From an uncultured Microbacterium sp. (GTDB taxonomy: Bacteria; Actinomycetota; Actinomycetes; Actinomycetales; Microbacteriaceae): DNA of 64,000 nucleotides. The stretch is taken from NCBI RefSeq assembly GCF_947488465.1, contig NZ_CANKZA010000005.1, positions 99,762 to 163,761 of the forward strand, written 5' to 3'. A model generated the notes under the pieces. It made no database searches. It had not been told where the DNA came from and saw only the letters and a list, made by a program, of their open reading frames with translations. The translations under genes and the position numbers were made by a program. Shown here one piece after another: positions 10,285 through 23,386 of the stretch; positions within the stretch are counted from its first letter, which is position 1; the number at the start of each line of letters is the position of its first letter.

Positions 10285-11070
10285 GTGGGGCGCATGTCTA
10301 TGCCTCCCGAGGGATATCCGCGTGCCGCCGCCGTCAGCCCGCGCCTGCAGGTGATCGATCAGGTCGACTCGACCAACGCGAAACTCCTCCGAGATGCCGA
10401 GGCTGATGTCCACGGGCATCCGCACCTGTCGGTCCTACTCACCCGCGATCAGCGCGCCGGCCGCGGCCGGCTCGACCGGTCGTGGACGACGCCGGCCGGC
10501 TCGGCGCTCGCCGTCTCGGTCCTTCTGCGGGTGAGTGCCGTCGCCACCGCCGACCGGGGCTGGATTCCGCTGATCGCCGGCGCCGCCATGACCCGGGCGA
10601 TCGCCGCACAACTCACGGGGCTCCCGGTGACGCTCAAGTGGCCCAACGATGTGCTCGTGGACCGGCAGAAGATCTGCGGCATCCTGGCGGAGGTGTTGCC
10701 GTCGGATCCGCACGTCGTGATCGTCGGGGCCGGAGTGAACACCTCGATGGTGGCCGCGGATCTGCCCGTCACGACCGCGACGTCGTTCGCCGCGCTCGGT
10801 CGCGAGGCCGACGAGGACCGGCTTCTTGCCGATTATCTGACGTTCCTCCGGGACGACATCGCGACGCTCGCCGTCCACGGGGGTGCGGCCGTGGCGCCGG
10901 CCGTCTCGGCGCTGTGCGCGACGATCGGCGCCGACGTCGCGGCATCTCTGCCGGACGGCACCGTGCTGCACGGCCGCGCGGAGCGCCTGGACGCGGAAGG
11001 CCGCCTGGTTCTCGCCGCGGACGGGGTCGAATCGGTCATCGCTGCGGCCGACATCGTGCATCTGCGCTGA
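10285..11070 (+). CDS. birA: biotin--[acetyl-CoA-carboxylase] ligase
   Basis: [17 protein letters not shown] and KWPNDVLV motifs. Divergent from the carboxylase genes. Confidence 0.9.
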   Translation: MGRMSMPPEGYPRAAAVSPRLQVIDQVDSTNAKLLRDAEADVHGHPHLSVLLTRDQRAGRGRLDRSWTTPAGSALAVSVLLRVSAVATADRGWIPLIAGAAMTRAIAAQLTGLPVTLKWPNDVLVDRQKICGILAEVLPSDPHVVIVGAGVNTSMVAADLPVTTATSFAALGREADEDRLLADYLTFLRDDIATLAVHGGAAVAPAVSALCATIGADVAASLPDGTVLHGRAERLDAEGRLVLAADGVESVIAAADIVHLR

Positions 11071-11174
11071 TTCGCGCGTGACGCCTACAGGATGAATCGT
11101 CGTTTTGCGGGTCGATCCGGCGTTTCCTGGCCGGTCGAGCCTGTAAACGGCACGCGGATGGGCACAATGGACCC

Positions 11175-11738
11175 GTGACCCAGCCGACGGCCTACCAGGG
11201 ACGCCCCGTCACGCCCGCTCCGGGCAGCGCGGCGGCGGAGCTGCGCGTCGCGCGCCTGCGCGCGCACGCCCGGCGCCTGCTGTGGTCGGCGCTCGTGCTC
11301 ATTGCGGTGGCCGCCGCGGTCGGCTACTTCTGGCAGAACCTCCCGGCTCCGTTCGAGGACTGGATGCTGTGGACCGCCGCCGGACTCATCGTCCTGCTGC
11401 TCGTCGTGGTGCCCTACGTCCGGTGGCTGTCGCACACCTACACGATCACCACGCGGCGCGTGATCGAGCGGTCGGGATTCTTCGGCCGCCGCCGCAGCGA
11501 ACTCAGCCACGCCCGCGGCTACGCCATCTCTGAGCGACGCGGGCCGCTGCAGCGGCTCTGGGGAGCGGGGACCCTGACCCTCACCGGCGCGGACCGCACG
11601 CTTCGGCTCGCGAACGTCCCCTCCGTGCGACTGGTCCACGAGACGCTTGCCGATCAGGTCGAGGTGAGCCAGATCCTCGCCCACCGCGATTCGCACAGCA
11701 TCCCGATCATGCCCGGCGATCCACCTCCGCTGCCCTGA
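11175..11738 (+). CDS. PH-domain (bPH_2/YdbS-like) membrane protein
   Basis: Two TM helices followed by YTITTRRVIERSGFFGRRRSELSHARG. A CACAAT -10-like box ends 6 nt before the GTG, so the mRNA may be leaderless. Confidence 0.75.
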   Translation: MTQPTAYQGRPVTPAPGSAAAELRVARLRAHARRLLWSALVLIAVAAAVGYFWQNLPAPFEDWMLWTAAGLIVLLLVVVPYVRWLSHTYTITTRRVIERSGFFGRRRSELSHARGYAISERRGPLQRLWGAGTLTLTGADRTLRLANVPSVRLVHETLADQVEVSQILAHRDSHSIPIMPGDPPPLP

Positions 11739-11778
11739 CGGGACGGCGTGCCCCTCGCGGACCTGGGAAGATGGCTGC

Positions 11779-12897
11779 ATGGCACTGACTCTGGGAATCG
11801 TCGGCGGCGGACAATTGGCGCGCATGATGATCGCGCCGGCGGTCGAACTCGGCATCGACGTGCGGGTGCTCGCTGAGGAGCCCGGAATGTCGGCGCAGAT
11901 CGCGGCGACGGCGACGGGCGACTACCGCGACCTCGAGACCGTCCGCGCGTTCGCGCAGGATGTCGACGTCGTCACCTTCGACCACGAGCACGTCCCGCAG
12001 CACGTCTTGCGCGCGCTCGTCGCCGAGGGGATCGCCGTCCATCCCGGGCCCGATGCGCTCCAGTACGCGCAGGACAAGCTCGTCATGCGCGCACGCCTCG
12101 CCGAGCTCGGCATGCCGCAGCCGGAGTGGGCTGAGATCACGGATGCCGCCGGCCTCCAGGCTTTCCTCGACTCGCACGGCGGGCGGGCCGTGATCAAGAC
12201 TCCGCGCGGCGGCTACGACGGCAAGGGAGTCCGCGTGGTGTCGACGCCGGAGGATGCCGCGGACTGGCTCGCGGACGGCACACCGCTGCTGGTCGAAGAG
12301 CTCGTGGACTTCACGCGCGAGCTCGCCCAGCAGGTCGCGCGGCGCCCGTCGGGGCAGATCGTCACCTATCCCGTCGTCGAGACCGTGCAGCGCGGCGGTG
12401 TCTGCGCCGAAGTGATCGCCCCCGCGCCGCACGCGACCGGCCGCCTCGCCGAGGTCGCCGCGCAGATCGGCGAAGCGATCTCCGAGGGGCTCGGCGTCAC
12501 CGGGATGCTCGCCGTGGAACTGTTCGAGACGGCGGATGAACGCATCCTCGTCAACGAGCTCGCGATGCGCCCGCACAACTCCGGCCACTGGGGCCAGGAC
12601 GGCGCGATCACCGGGCAATTCGAGCAGCACGTCCGGGCGGTGCTCGACCTGCCGCTCGGAGACCCCGGCATCCGGCAGCCGTGGTCGGTCATGGTCAACA
12701 TCCTGGGCGGACCGGCGGCGGACACCCTTGAGAGCCGCCTGCCGGCGGCGCTCACCGCCCACCCGTCGGCCAAGGTCCACACGTACGGCAAGGCGCCGCG
12801 CCCAGGCCGCAAGGTCGGCCACGTGAACGCCGCCGGCGACGATCTGGACGCCGTGGTCTACGAGGCCCGCTCGGCTGCCGCCTGCTTCGGCGACTGA
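11779..12897 (+). CDS. purK: 5-(carboxyamino)imidazole ribonucleotide synthase
   Basis: ATP-grasp protein with LGIVGGGQLARMM N-terminus and RKVGHV near the C-terminus. Adjacent to purE. Confidence 0.95.
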   Translation: MALTLGIVGGGQLARMMIAPAVELGIDVRVLAEEPGMSAQIAATATGDYRDLETVRAFAQDVDVVTFDHEHVPQHVLRALVAEGIAVHPGPDALQYAQDKLVMRARLAELGMPQPEWAEITDAAGLQAFLDSHGGRAVIKTPRGGYDGKGVRVVSTPEDAADWLADGTPLLVEELVDFTRELAQQVARRPSGQIVTYPVVETVQRGGVCAEVIAPAPHATGRLAEVAAQIGEAISEGLGVTGMLAVELFETADERILVNELAMRPHNSGHWGQDGAITGQFEQHVRAVLDLPLGDPGIRQPWSVMVNILGGPAADTLESRLPAALTAHPSAKVHTYGKAPRPGRKVGHVNAAGDDLDAVVYEARSAAACFGD

Positions 12898-12978
12898 CGC
12901 GCGGCCGGGGATCCAGCCGCCGGCCGGGGTTGCGTGGCGCTCCGGGATTCTTCCAGCCGAGCCGCCTACCCTGGACGG

Positions 12979-13494
12979 GTGACCCGCGCCCTGCATTCCT
13001 CAGACTCTCCTCTCGTCGGCGTCGTCATGGGCTCCGACTCGGACTGGCGGATCATGAGCGACGCCTCGCAGGCGCTGACGGAGTTCGGCGTCGCGCACGA
13101 GGTCGAGGTCGTCTCGGCGCACCGCACGCCCGACAAGCTGTTGAGCTACGGCCGCGAGGCGCGATCGCGCGGACTCAAGGTCATCATTGCGGGCGCCGGG
13201 GGAGCAGCGCACCTGCCGGGGATGCTGGCCTCGCTGACCGCGTTGCCGGTGATCGGTGTGCCCGTCCAACTCGCCACCCTCGACGGCATGGATTCGCTCC
13301 TCAGCATCGTGCAGATGCCCGCCGGCATCCCGGTGGCGACGGTGTCGATCAACGGCGCGAAGAACGCCGGACTGCTCGCGGCACGCATCCTCGCGACGGG
13401 TGATGACCGCCTCGCAGACCGCGTCGAGGAGTACGCGCGCACGCTCGAGGCTCAGGTGGACGAGAAGAACCGTCGGCTGAAGGACTCCCTGTGA
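12979..13494 (+). CDS. purE: 5-(carboxyamino)imidazole ribonucleotide mutase
   Basis: [17 protein letters not shown] and [10 protein letters not shown] motifs. GTG 12979 was chosen; the ORF is open from 12934. Confidence 0.9.
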   Translation: MTRALHSSDSPLVGVVMGSDSDWRIMSDASQALTEFGVAHEVEVVSAHRTPDKLLSYGREARSRGLKVIIAGAGGAAHLPGMLASLTALPVIGVPVQLATLDGMDSLLSIVQMPAGIPVATVSINGAKNAGLLAARILATGDDRLADRVEEYARTLEAQVDEKNRRLKDSL

Positions 13495-14942
13495 CGTTGG
13501 CACCGCCGCGGTCGGGAACGCGGCCGGCTCCGCTCATCGAGACGCAGCCGATGCGCCGACCGGATGCGTCGTCGCCCGCCATGATGACCCGCCGGGCCTG
13601 GTGGCTCGTGGCGCTGAACTTCCTCATCCCCGGATCGGCGCAGATCCTCGCCGGCTCGCGGCGCCTGGGGCGCATCGGCCTCACCGCGACGCTCGTGATG
13701 TGGACGGTCGCGCTGCTGGCGCTGCTGACCTCTCTCCTCTGGCCGACGCTGCTCTATTCGCTCGCCAACGGAGCGGCGCTCCTCGTCGTCCAGCTCGTGC
13801 TGCTCGCCTACGCCGTGCTCTGGCTCGTCCTCACGATCGACACGTTGAGGCTCGTCCGCTTCGTCAAGGTCAGCGGCTGGTCGAAGGCCGGTGCGGCGGT
13901 GGTCGCGATCGTCGGCCTCGTCCTCTCCAGCGGTGGTGCGGTCTACGCGGCGCAGTCGCTCATCGGGCCGGCCCGCGAGGCGCTCGCCACGATCTTCGGC
14001 AACAGCGGCCCGTCCGTCCCGCCGTCCGACGGCTACTACAACATCCTGCTCTTGGGTGCCGACAGCGGCCTCGGCCGCGACTCCATGCGCTTCGACAGCA
14101 TCTCGGTCGTCTCCGTCAACGCCGATAGCGGCGCGGTGACGATCACCGGCATCCCGCGCGATATGCAGAACGCCCCCTTCGCTGAGGGGCCCATGCAGGA
14201 TCTCTATCCGAATGGGTTCGAGGGGCACGTGTCGCAGACGTGCGGCTGGGCCGCCGGCATGAACCAGCTGACCAACGCCGTCGAGGTCTGCCAGCCCGAT
14301 CGCGGCGAGAGCATCTACCCGGATGCCGCCGATCAGGGTTCGTCGCCCGCGATCGAAGCCACGAAGGATGCCGCATCCGGGGTCCTCGGCATCGAGATCC
14401 CCTATTACGTCTTCGTCGACATGAAGGGTTTCGCCGATATCGTCGACGCGCTCGGTGGGGTCGACATCACCGTCACCGAGCGTCTGCCGGAGGGCGGCGG
14501 ACCCACGTATGAGGGCGAGCCCGCGGCGGACTGGGCGACCGGCTGGATCGAAGCCGGACCGCAGCACATGGACGGCGACACGGCGCAGTGGTACGCGCGC
14601 TCTCGCTACACGACGAGCGACTGGGACCGCATGCGTCGCCAGCGCGAGCTGCAGCAAGCGATCCTCGCGCAGGCGACCCCGGCAAACGTGCTCGTGCGCT
14701 TCCAGGAGGTCGCCGCGGCGGGGGAGGATCTCGTCCAGACCGACATCCCCGAGTCGCTCCTGCCGTTCCTGACCGGGCTTGCCGTCAAGGCGAAGGAGCA
14801 GCCGGTCACGACGATCGAGCTCACTCCTGAGGGTGCGGGGGTTGACCCGGATGCGCCGACTGTCGACGACTGGGCGCTCGTGCGCGATCTGATGCAGACG
14901 ACGCTGCACCCGCCCACCGCGACCCCGGCCCCGGAGGGGTGA
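13491..14942 (+). CDS. LytR-CpsA-Psr (LCP) family glycopolymer-peptidoglycan ligase with a multi-TM N-terminus
   Basis: GTGA overlap with the purE stop. LCP core [29 protein letters not shown]...ITGIPRD. Positional equivalent of the mycobacterial LCP gene. Confidence 0.9.
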   Translation: MTLAPPRSGTRPAPLIETQPMRRPDASSPAMMTRRAWWLVALNFLIPGSAQILAGSRRLGRIGLTATLVMWTVALLALLTSLLWPTLLYSLANGAALLVVQLVLLAYAVLWLVLTIDTLRLVRFVKVSGWSKAGAAVVAIVGLVLSSGGAVYAAQSLIGPAREALATIFGNSGPSVPPSDGYYNILLLGADSGLGRDSMRFDSISVVSVNADSGAVTITGIPRDMQNAPFAEGPMQDLYPNGFEGHVSQTCGWAAGMNQLTNAVEVCQPDRGESIYPDAADQGSSPAIEATKDAASGVLGIEIPYYVFVDMKGFADIVDALGGVDITVTERLPEGGGPTYEGEPAADWATGWIEAGPQHMDGDTAQWYARSRYTTSDWDRMRRQRELQQAILAQATPANVLVRFQEVAAAGEDLVQTDIPESLLPFLTGLAVKAKEQPVTTIELTPEGAGVDPDAPTVDDWALVRDLMQTTLHPPTATPAPEG

Positions 14943-14945
14943 GGC

Positions 14946-16058
14946 ATGACCGCGACGCTGCACGTCGTGCTCGACCAGGTCGTTGCGCGGACGGATGCCG
15001 ACCTCGCCACCGCATCGCGGGAACTCGCCCGTGAACTCGTGCGCACGGCGCCGGCCGGGTGCGAGGTCGCCGCGGTCGTCCCCGCGGGGCCGGATGCCGC
15101 AGCCACCCTCGAACGGGAGGTCCCGGGCCTGTCCGACATCACCCGAATGACACTGCCGCGCCGCGAACTCGCCGCCGCGTGGCAGTTGGGTGTGCCGTCG
15201 GGGGCACCTCGGGGCATGGTCCACTCGCCGACGATCCTTGCGCCGCTCGTCAAGCACGACCGCATCCACGATCACGATCAGACCGTGGTCACCCTGTGGG
15301 ATCTCGCCGCATGGGAGCACCCGGAAGAACTCTCGAAGATGGCGGTCGCGTGGCATCGGGGCATGCTCAAGCGCGCGGCGAAGCACGCCGATGCGGTGGT
15401 CGTCCCGACCCACGCGCTCGCGGATCGGCTCGGCGAGATCGCGCGACTGGGTGAGCGCATCCGGGTCATCCCGGGCGCCGCGCCGGTGGGTTTCTCCGTG
15501 CCGACCGACGAGGTCGGACGTCGGCGCGCCCTGGATGTGCCGAGCGGATGCCTGGTCGTTTCCGGCGGGTCCGCCCCGTCCGCGCGGCTGGATGCGGCCT
15601 TCGCCGCGATCGCCGAGGCCGGGTCTGACCTGCCCGTGGTTGTGCTCGATGTGCCCGACGGCGACGAGCCTGCGGTGGATGACCTCGCGACGGCTGCGAG
15701 TCTGCAGCCGGGTCGGGTCACCGTTCGACGCGCGCTGGATGCCGCCGATCGCGCAGCCATCCTGGCGGATGCCGTCGCGCTGCTCGCGCCGCGGACCGAC
15801 AGCACCTACCCGTGGCGCGTGATCGAGGCGCTGGCTCTCGGGGTGCCGATCGTCGCGGCGGACAGTGCGGTGCACAGCGAGGTCATCCTCGACGGCGGTC
15901 TGCTCGCCGACGAGGGGGGGATGAGCGCGGCTCTGGCGACGGCGCTTGCCTCGAGCGATGCCGTCGAGCGCCTCGCGGTTCTCTCGGGAGACCGCGGTCG
16001 TGCCTTCTCCTGGACCGGCGCGGCCGAGCGTGTGTGGCAGCTGCACGCCGACCTCTGA
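14946..16058 (+). CDS. glycosyltransferase, GT4/GT1 family
   Basis: GT-B C-terminal signature PWRVIEALALGVPIVAADSAVHSEV. Starts 4 nt after the LCP gene. Confidence 0.8.
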   Translation: MTATLHVVLDQVVARTDADLATASRELARELVRTAPAGCEVAAVVPAGPDAAATLEREVPGLSDITRMTLPRRELAAAWQLGVPSGAPRGMVHSPTILAPLVKHDRIHDHDQTVVTLWDLAAWEHPEELSKMAVAWHRGMLKRAAKHADAVVVPTHALADRLGEIARLGERIRVIPGAAPVGFSVPTDEVGRRRALDVPSGCLVVSGGSAPSARLDAAFAAIAEAGSDLPVVVLDVPDGDEPAVDDLATAASLQPGRVTVRRALDAADRAAILADAVALLAPRTDSTYPWRVIEALALGVPIVAADSAVHSEVILDGGLLADEGGMSAALATALASSDAVERLAVLSGDRGRAFSWTGAAERVWQLHADL

Positions 16059-16138
16059 GGATGCTTTGAGCGGCGTGTCTCGGGCGTGTCGTTCGATCTT
16101 TGGTGGTATCAGGCGTTGACTTCAGTAACAATGGTCAC

Positions 16139-19100
16139 ATGATCCCCCGAATCATCATTCGCTCATCCGGCCGCGCCCGCCCGGTGCCCAGCCTGGCTGG
16201 CGCGGTGATCGCGATGATCGCGCTCGTCGGATCTCTGCTCGTCGCGAGCCCAGCGCATGCCGCCGTCGGCGCCGACATCGAGCAGGCGGTTCAGCCCGCG
16301 TCGCAGGCGGTCGATTCGGGGATCGTCAAGACCGCCGCGGTGGTCGGCTTCAACGCGGAGAACATCATCTCCGACGCGCTGTTCTATGACAACGCGGCCA
16401 TGACTGCCGCGGAGATCCAGGCCTTCCTCGACGCCAAGATCGGCACCTGCAACAACGGAAAATGCCTCAACGTTCTCAACGCGGGGATCTCGTCGCGGGG
16501 AGAGGTGAGGTCACAGTCCACCGGAAACCTCATCTGCTCGGCGATCCAGGGGGGCACCATGAAGGTGTCCGAACTGATCTACCGCGTGCAGGTCGCCTGC
16601 GGGATCTCGGCCAAGGTCATCCTCGTCACGCTCCAGAAAGAGCAGGGGCTGACGACCAGCAAGGCCCCGTCGGACTGGAACCTCTCGGCCGCGATGGGGG
16701 CATCGTGCCCCGACACCGCGCCCTGCGACCCGGCGTTCGCCGGAGTGGGCCCGCAGATCCTCAAGGGCACCCAGCAGCTCATGACGTACAAGGCTGCGCG
16801 ATTCGGCAAGCAACCCGGCGTCAACTTCATCGGCTACAGCCCCAACTCGGCGTGCGGTGGCACGAACCTGAACATCCAGAACTACGCCACGGCGGCGCTG
16901 TACACCTACACGCCGTATCAGCCGAACGCGGCAGCGCTCGCGGCCGGCTTTGGGCTCGGCAACGCATGCTCCGCCTACGGCAACCGCAACTTCTACAACT
17001 ACTACACCCAGTGGTTCGGCTCGACGCAGGGCGACGTGCTGCAGATCCTGCACGTGACGGGCACTTCTGACCGGTACATCGTCAGCGGTGGCTCGCGCTG
17101 GCGACTGGCGACCGCGGAGATCGCCGCCCAGTTCACCTGGATCGCGAGCCCTCGCCAGGTCGCTGCGTCTGAGCTGAGTGCCTACACCGACAAGGGTGAC
17201 GCCAAGCGAGGCATCAAGACGCGCGCCGGCATTGCGTACCTCCTTGACAGTGGCCAGCGTCTGCGGGTGCACGATATCGCCCAAGTGGGCGACCTCGGAT
17301 GGGACTACAGCTCCCTCCCGGTTGCGGATGACTCGCAAGTCGAGCGCTATCCGGATGCCGGCTACCTTGCGCGCGTCATCACATCCGGAGGGCCCACGTG
17401 GCTCATCCAGAGCGGATCGCGGCGCGAGGTCGTCGATGTGAATCTGCTGCCACGGTTCGGTATCCCCGCGACGGTATCGCGGGTCTCCGCAGCGATGATC
17501 GCCGACTACGCCGCGACGGCGCCGGTCACCGCAGTCGGCGTGTATCGCGATGCAACGAACCCGTACCGGATGCAGACCGATGCCGGCGTCTACGGAGTGC
17601 CGGACGCCGCGAGCGGAACCGCGATCGCTCGCAGTGCACGGGAACTCACGGCGGAGTCGTTCGCGATGCTGACCTCGTCCTCGACGATGCCGATTCGGAT
17701 GACGTCGGGTGGCCGCTCGTACGTCATGGTGGACGGCGGCTGGCTCGAGGTGAACGCAGCCGACTATCCCGCGACGTTGCCGTTCACGACACTGCCCGCG
17801 GGGGCGGCCGCGGGGCTCCCGACCGCGGGCCAGGTGAACGGTCCGCATTTCGTCCGCGAACGCTCGGACAGTCAGACGTATCTCGTGTCGTGGGGCACCC
17901 TCCAGGCCGTCTCTGCGGCGGATCAGGCCTGGGTCACGCGCACGTACGGCGTGAGCTCACGCGTGTGGCCGGTGCTCGACGGCGCCATCGGAGATGCGAC
18001 CTCCGCCGAGGGTGTCGTGCGCACCGCTGCCGGCGTGAATTACCTGCTGGACGGTTCGCGCGCCTATCGACTGCGCGACTGCACGCAGGTCGCGGATTGG
18101 GGCGGGGAGTGCACCACGTCGCGGACGATCACGCCTGTGGAGCTCGCGCAGTATGCGATCGTCGGCACGCTCTCGTACCTGGTCCGCACGCCCGCGGGCA
18201 CGGTCTGGCTTCCGCAGAGCGGGCAGATGCGGCAAGTGCTGGACCCTGCGATTCTCTCGATCTACGGAATCCCAGCGACGACGAGCGCGGTATCGTCCGC
18301 GACGGCAGCCCGCCTGCCGGTCGGCGTGCCCGTTTTGGCCGCGGGTGTCTACTCCGACGGCGGCGCCGCTCGCACCCTCGTGACGTCGAGCGGACAGTAT
18401 TCGTTGACCGTTGATCAAGCCACCGGTGTCGTCGCGAGCGCCGTGCGCAAGCTGACCCCCCAGAGCTTCGGCATGCTGTCGGTCACGGCACCGCTTGCGT
18501 CGCGTATGCGCAGTGACGCGCGTTCCTTCGTGCTGACGCAGGAAGGATGGCTGGAGGTGCCGTCGGCGACCTACGGCGGTGACGCGGCGTTCACGGCGCT
18601 GTCCTCGCGCGCCTACGTCGGCATTCCGATCGCGGCGAACGAGCCGCGGCCGCACTTCGTGCGCGATGCCGCCAGTGGGCAGGAGTTCCTGGTCTCGAGT
18701 GGAGCAGCTCAGGTCGTCAGTGGAGCCGCGGAGCGGGCCGCTATCACGGCGCGGTACGGCGTGCCGCCGAAAGTGTGGGTGCTCGTTGCGGGAGCTCTTT
18801 CCGGGGTCACGATCTCCTACGACCTGATGGTCAAGAGTGACAGTGGTGAGGTCTTCCTCATGGACGGCAACACGCGCTACCGCACGTCCGGATGCGCCGC
18901 TGCGGCGGACTTCGGCAAGGACTGTGCGTCACTGCGCGTCATCACGGCGGCCCAGCTGTCGACCACCCGCGACGGCGGTGCACTCGCGGGGCTCCTCCGC
19001 TCGCCCGACGGCTACTCCTGGCTCATCCAGAGCGGCACGAAGCGCGAAGTCCCCGACCCCCGGGTGCTCGCCGCCTATGGGATCGGAACCGCGGCGACAC

Positions 19101-19615
19101 CGGTGTCCGCGAACGTGCTCAATCAGATCCGCCTCGCCGCCCCCGTCGTCGGCGTGGGCATGTACGACGATCGCGCGGGAGACGTCCGCGTCATCACGGG
19201 AGCGGGACGCACGTTCGCCGTGCCTGCGGCGTCGCGCATCGGCACGGTGACAGCGGGTGCCTGGAAGATCTCGCCGGCATCCGTGGATCTGATCGGGACT
19301 GAGGGTGACCTTCCGACCCGGATCGACACCGGATCGGGCACCTTCATCCTCACGGGTGAAGGATGGCTCGCCGTGAACAGGTCCGACTACGCGCCGCTGT
19401 CCTTCACTGCCATCGGTTCGCGGGGCTCGGAAGGCGTCCCAGCGGCCGGCGCAGAGCTCCGCCCGCACTTCATCCGCGAACAGCCCGGCGACCCGGTCTA
19501 CTTGGCGTCGGGTGGCCTCATGAACGCGGGGGACAGCGCGTCACGCGCCTGGATCTCTGCAACCTACGGGGTTGCCGCGAAGGTGTGGGTCGTGCCGGCG
19601 GCCGCGCTGAGGTGA
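16139..19615 (+). CDS. large secreted protein: Cys-rich N-terminal domain plus three ~270-aa tandem modules
   Basis: ATG 16139 gives MIPRIII...LLVASPAHA|AV, a signal peptide. The N-terminal domain has a VILVTLQKEQGLTT motif. The rest is a threefold repeat (see repeat feature). The ORF is open from 16100. Confidence 0.8.
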   Translation: MIPRIIIRSSGRARPVPSLAGAVIAMIALVGSLLVASPAHAAVGADIEQAVQPASQAVDSGIVKTAAVVGFNAENIISDALFYDNAAMTAAEIQAFLDAKIGTCNNGKCLNVLNAGISSRGEVRSQSTGNLICSAIQGGTMKVSELIYRVQVACGISAKVILVTLQKEQGLTTSKAPSDWNLSAAMGASCPDTAPCDPAFAGVGPQILKGTQQLMTYKAARFGKQPGVNFIGYSPNSACGGTNLNIQNYATAALYTYTPYQPNAAALAAGFGLGNACSAYGNRNFYNYYTQWFGSTQGDVLQILHVTGTSDRYIVSGGSRWRLATAEIAAQFTWIASPRQVAASELSAYTDKGDAKRGIKTRAGIAYLLDSGQRLRVHDIAQVGDLGWDYSSLPVADDSQVERYPDAGYLARVITSGGPTWLIQSGSRREVVDVNLLPRFGIPATVSRVSAAMIADYAATAPVTAVGVYRDATNPYRMQTDAGVYGVPDAASGTAIARSARELTAESFAMLTSSSTMPIRMTSGGRSYVMVDGGWLEVNAADYPATLPFTTLPAGAAAGLPTAGQVNGPHFVRERSDSQTYLVSWGTLQAVSAADQAWVTRTYGVSSRVWPVLDGAIGDATSAEGVVRTAAGVNYLLDGSRAYRLRDCTQVADWGGECTTSRTITPVELAQYAIVGTLSYLVRTPAGTVWLPQSGQMRQVLDPAILSIYGIPATTSAVSSATAARLPVGVPVLAAGVYSDGGAARTLVTSSGQYSLTVDQATGVVASAVRKLTPQSFGMLSVTAPLASRMRSDARSFVLTQEGWLEVPSATYGGDAAFTALSSRAYVGIPIAANEPRPHFVRDAASGQEFLVSSGAAQVVSGAAERAAITARYGVPPKVWVLVAGALSGVTISYDLMVKSDSGEVFLMDGNTRYRTSGCAAAADFGKDCASLRVITAAQLSTTRDGGALAGLLRSPDGYSWLIQSGTKREVPDPRVLAAYGIGTAATPVSANVLNQIRLAAPVVGVGMYDDRAGDVRVITGAGRTFAVPAASRIGTVTAGAWKISPASVDLIGTEGDLPTRIDTGSGTFILTGEGWLAVNRSDYAPLSFTAIGSRGSEGVPAAGAELRPHFIREQPGDPVYLASGGLMNAGDSASRAWISATYGVAAKVWVVPAAALR
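17204..19612 (+). repeat. three tandem coding repeats of 268-271 codons inside the large secreted protein
   Basis: Units run 17204-18007, 18008-18820 and 18821-19612. Landmarks recur in order: YLLDG-R-R, WLIQSG-+REV-D-L-YGI, GWLEV--DY, PHF(V/I)R, and YL(V/A)S-G ... YGV--(K/R)VW. Confidence 0.75.
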
Positions 19616-19644
19616 CCTGAACGCGGGCGGAAGACCGGGCGGGA

Positions 19645-20781
19645 CTACTTCAGAAGCTTGCGCTCTGCCATCTCCGCCAGGGAACGCTCGTACCCGTCCG
19701 TCTCGAGAGGCTGAGTGAGTACCCACTCCGCGAAACGGCGGATGCCGACCTCGAACGGCACGGCGGCCGTGAACCCGAGGGTCTGCCGGATGCGCGTCGT
19801 ATCGGCGACATTGTGCCGGATGTCTCCGAGTCGGAAGTTCCCCGAGACCGAGACGGGAACCTCGGTCCCGAATGCGAGGATGAGCGCGTCGACGACCTCG
19901 CGCACCGTGGTCTGCACGCCGGAGCCGACGTTGAACGTGTGTCCGGCGGCCCGGGGGTCGACGCACGCCAGGAAGGTTGCCTCCACCACATCGTCGACAT
20001 AGACGAAGTCGCGGCTCTCGAGGCCGTCCTCGAAGATGTTGATGGCCTTTCCCTGGCGGATGAGGGTCGAGAAGATCGAGAGGATCCCGGTATACGGGTT
20101 CTTCAGCGACTGGCCAGGCCCGTACACGTTCTGGTAGCGCAACGCGACGGACTCCACCCCGAGTGTCGGCGCGGCGGTCATGATGAGCGCTTCCTGCGAC
20201 TGCTTCGTGATCCCGTAGACCGAAGACGGATGCAGGAGCGCGGTCTCCGGGGTCGGGATGAGAGTGAGCGCATCGCCCGCCGTGACGTGGACGTCGAAAT
20301 CACCCGACGCCATCGCGTCTGAAGAACGGTGCGGGGGAAAGACGGTCGTTCCGTCCTCCGTCTCGTAGGCGCCCTCGCCATATACCGATCGCGACGATGC
20401 GATCACGACGCGCCGCACGGAGTGGGGTTCGTTCGCCAGGAGATCGAGCAGCTTGCCGGTGCCGCCGACGTTGGTCTCGACGTAGCGAGAAATCTCGTAC
20501 ATCGACTGGCCGGTGCCGGTTTCGGCGGCCAGATGGACGACGACGGTCGCGTCGACGAGGGCGGCGCGAAGATCGTCCTCGGATGTCACTGTGCCCACAC
20601 GGACGTCCGCGATGTCCGCGACCGACCTCAGAAGCGCGGAGGTCTCATGCGGTGCGTCTCCATGCACTTGCGCGACCAGCGAGTCGAGGATGGTGACGCG
20701 GTGCCCGGCGTCGACGAGGCGCCGTGTCAGAGCCGATCCGATGAAGCCGGCGCCGCCGGTGATGAGCACATTTTCGGGCAT
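19645..20781 (-). CDS. extended SDR NAD-dependent nucleotide-sugar epimerase/dehydratase
   Basis: ATG 20781 gives [18 protein letters not shown]. Catalytic SVYGITKQ (YxxxK). The ORF-track N-terminal extension is Arg/Pro-rich and was rejected. Confidence 0.85.
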   Translation of the reverse strand: MPENVLITGGAGFIGSALTRRLVDAGHRVTILDSLVAQVHGDAPHETSALLRSVADIADVRVGTVTSEDDLRAALVDATVVVHLAAETGTGQSMYEISRYVETNVGGTGKLLDLLANEPHSVRRVVIASSRSVYGEGAYETEDGTTVFPPHRSSDAMASGDFDVHVTAGDALTLIPTPETALLHPSSVYGITKQSQEALIMTAAPTLGVESVALRYQNVYGPGQSLKNPYTGILSIFSTLIRQGKAINIFEDGLESRDFVYVDDVVEATFLACVDPRAAGHTFNVGSGVQTTVREVVDALILAFGTEVPVSVSGNFRLGDIRHNVADTTRIRQTLGFTAAVPFEVGIRRFAEWVLTQPLETDGYERSLAEMAERKLLK

Positions 20782-20816
20782 GCAGGAACTCCTGTGGCGT
20801 GGATGGAGGGTGAGTG

Positions 20817-23297
<2,481 letters not shown>

Positions 23298-23386
23298 GCC
23301 AGGTAGAATCCGTATGGTCTGCGGCCCGCCGCCGCAGCGGGTCGGATCGTGAGCGAGCGCTCAGCCGACGAAAGAGGAGTGAGTTC

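Noticed and set aside
16058-16139. Possible riboswitch (for example the ydaO/cyclic-di-AMP type) upstream of the large secreted wall protein.
   Set aside because: The spacer is only about 80 nt, too short for that riboswitch, and shows no conserved riboswitch core. A TTGACT at 16118 may simply be a -35 box.
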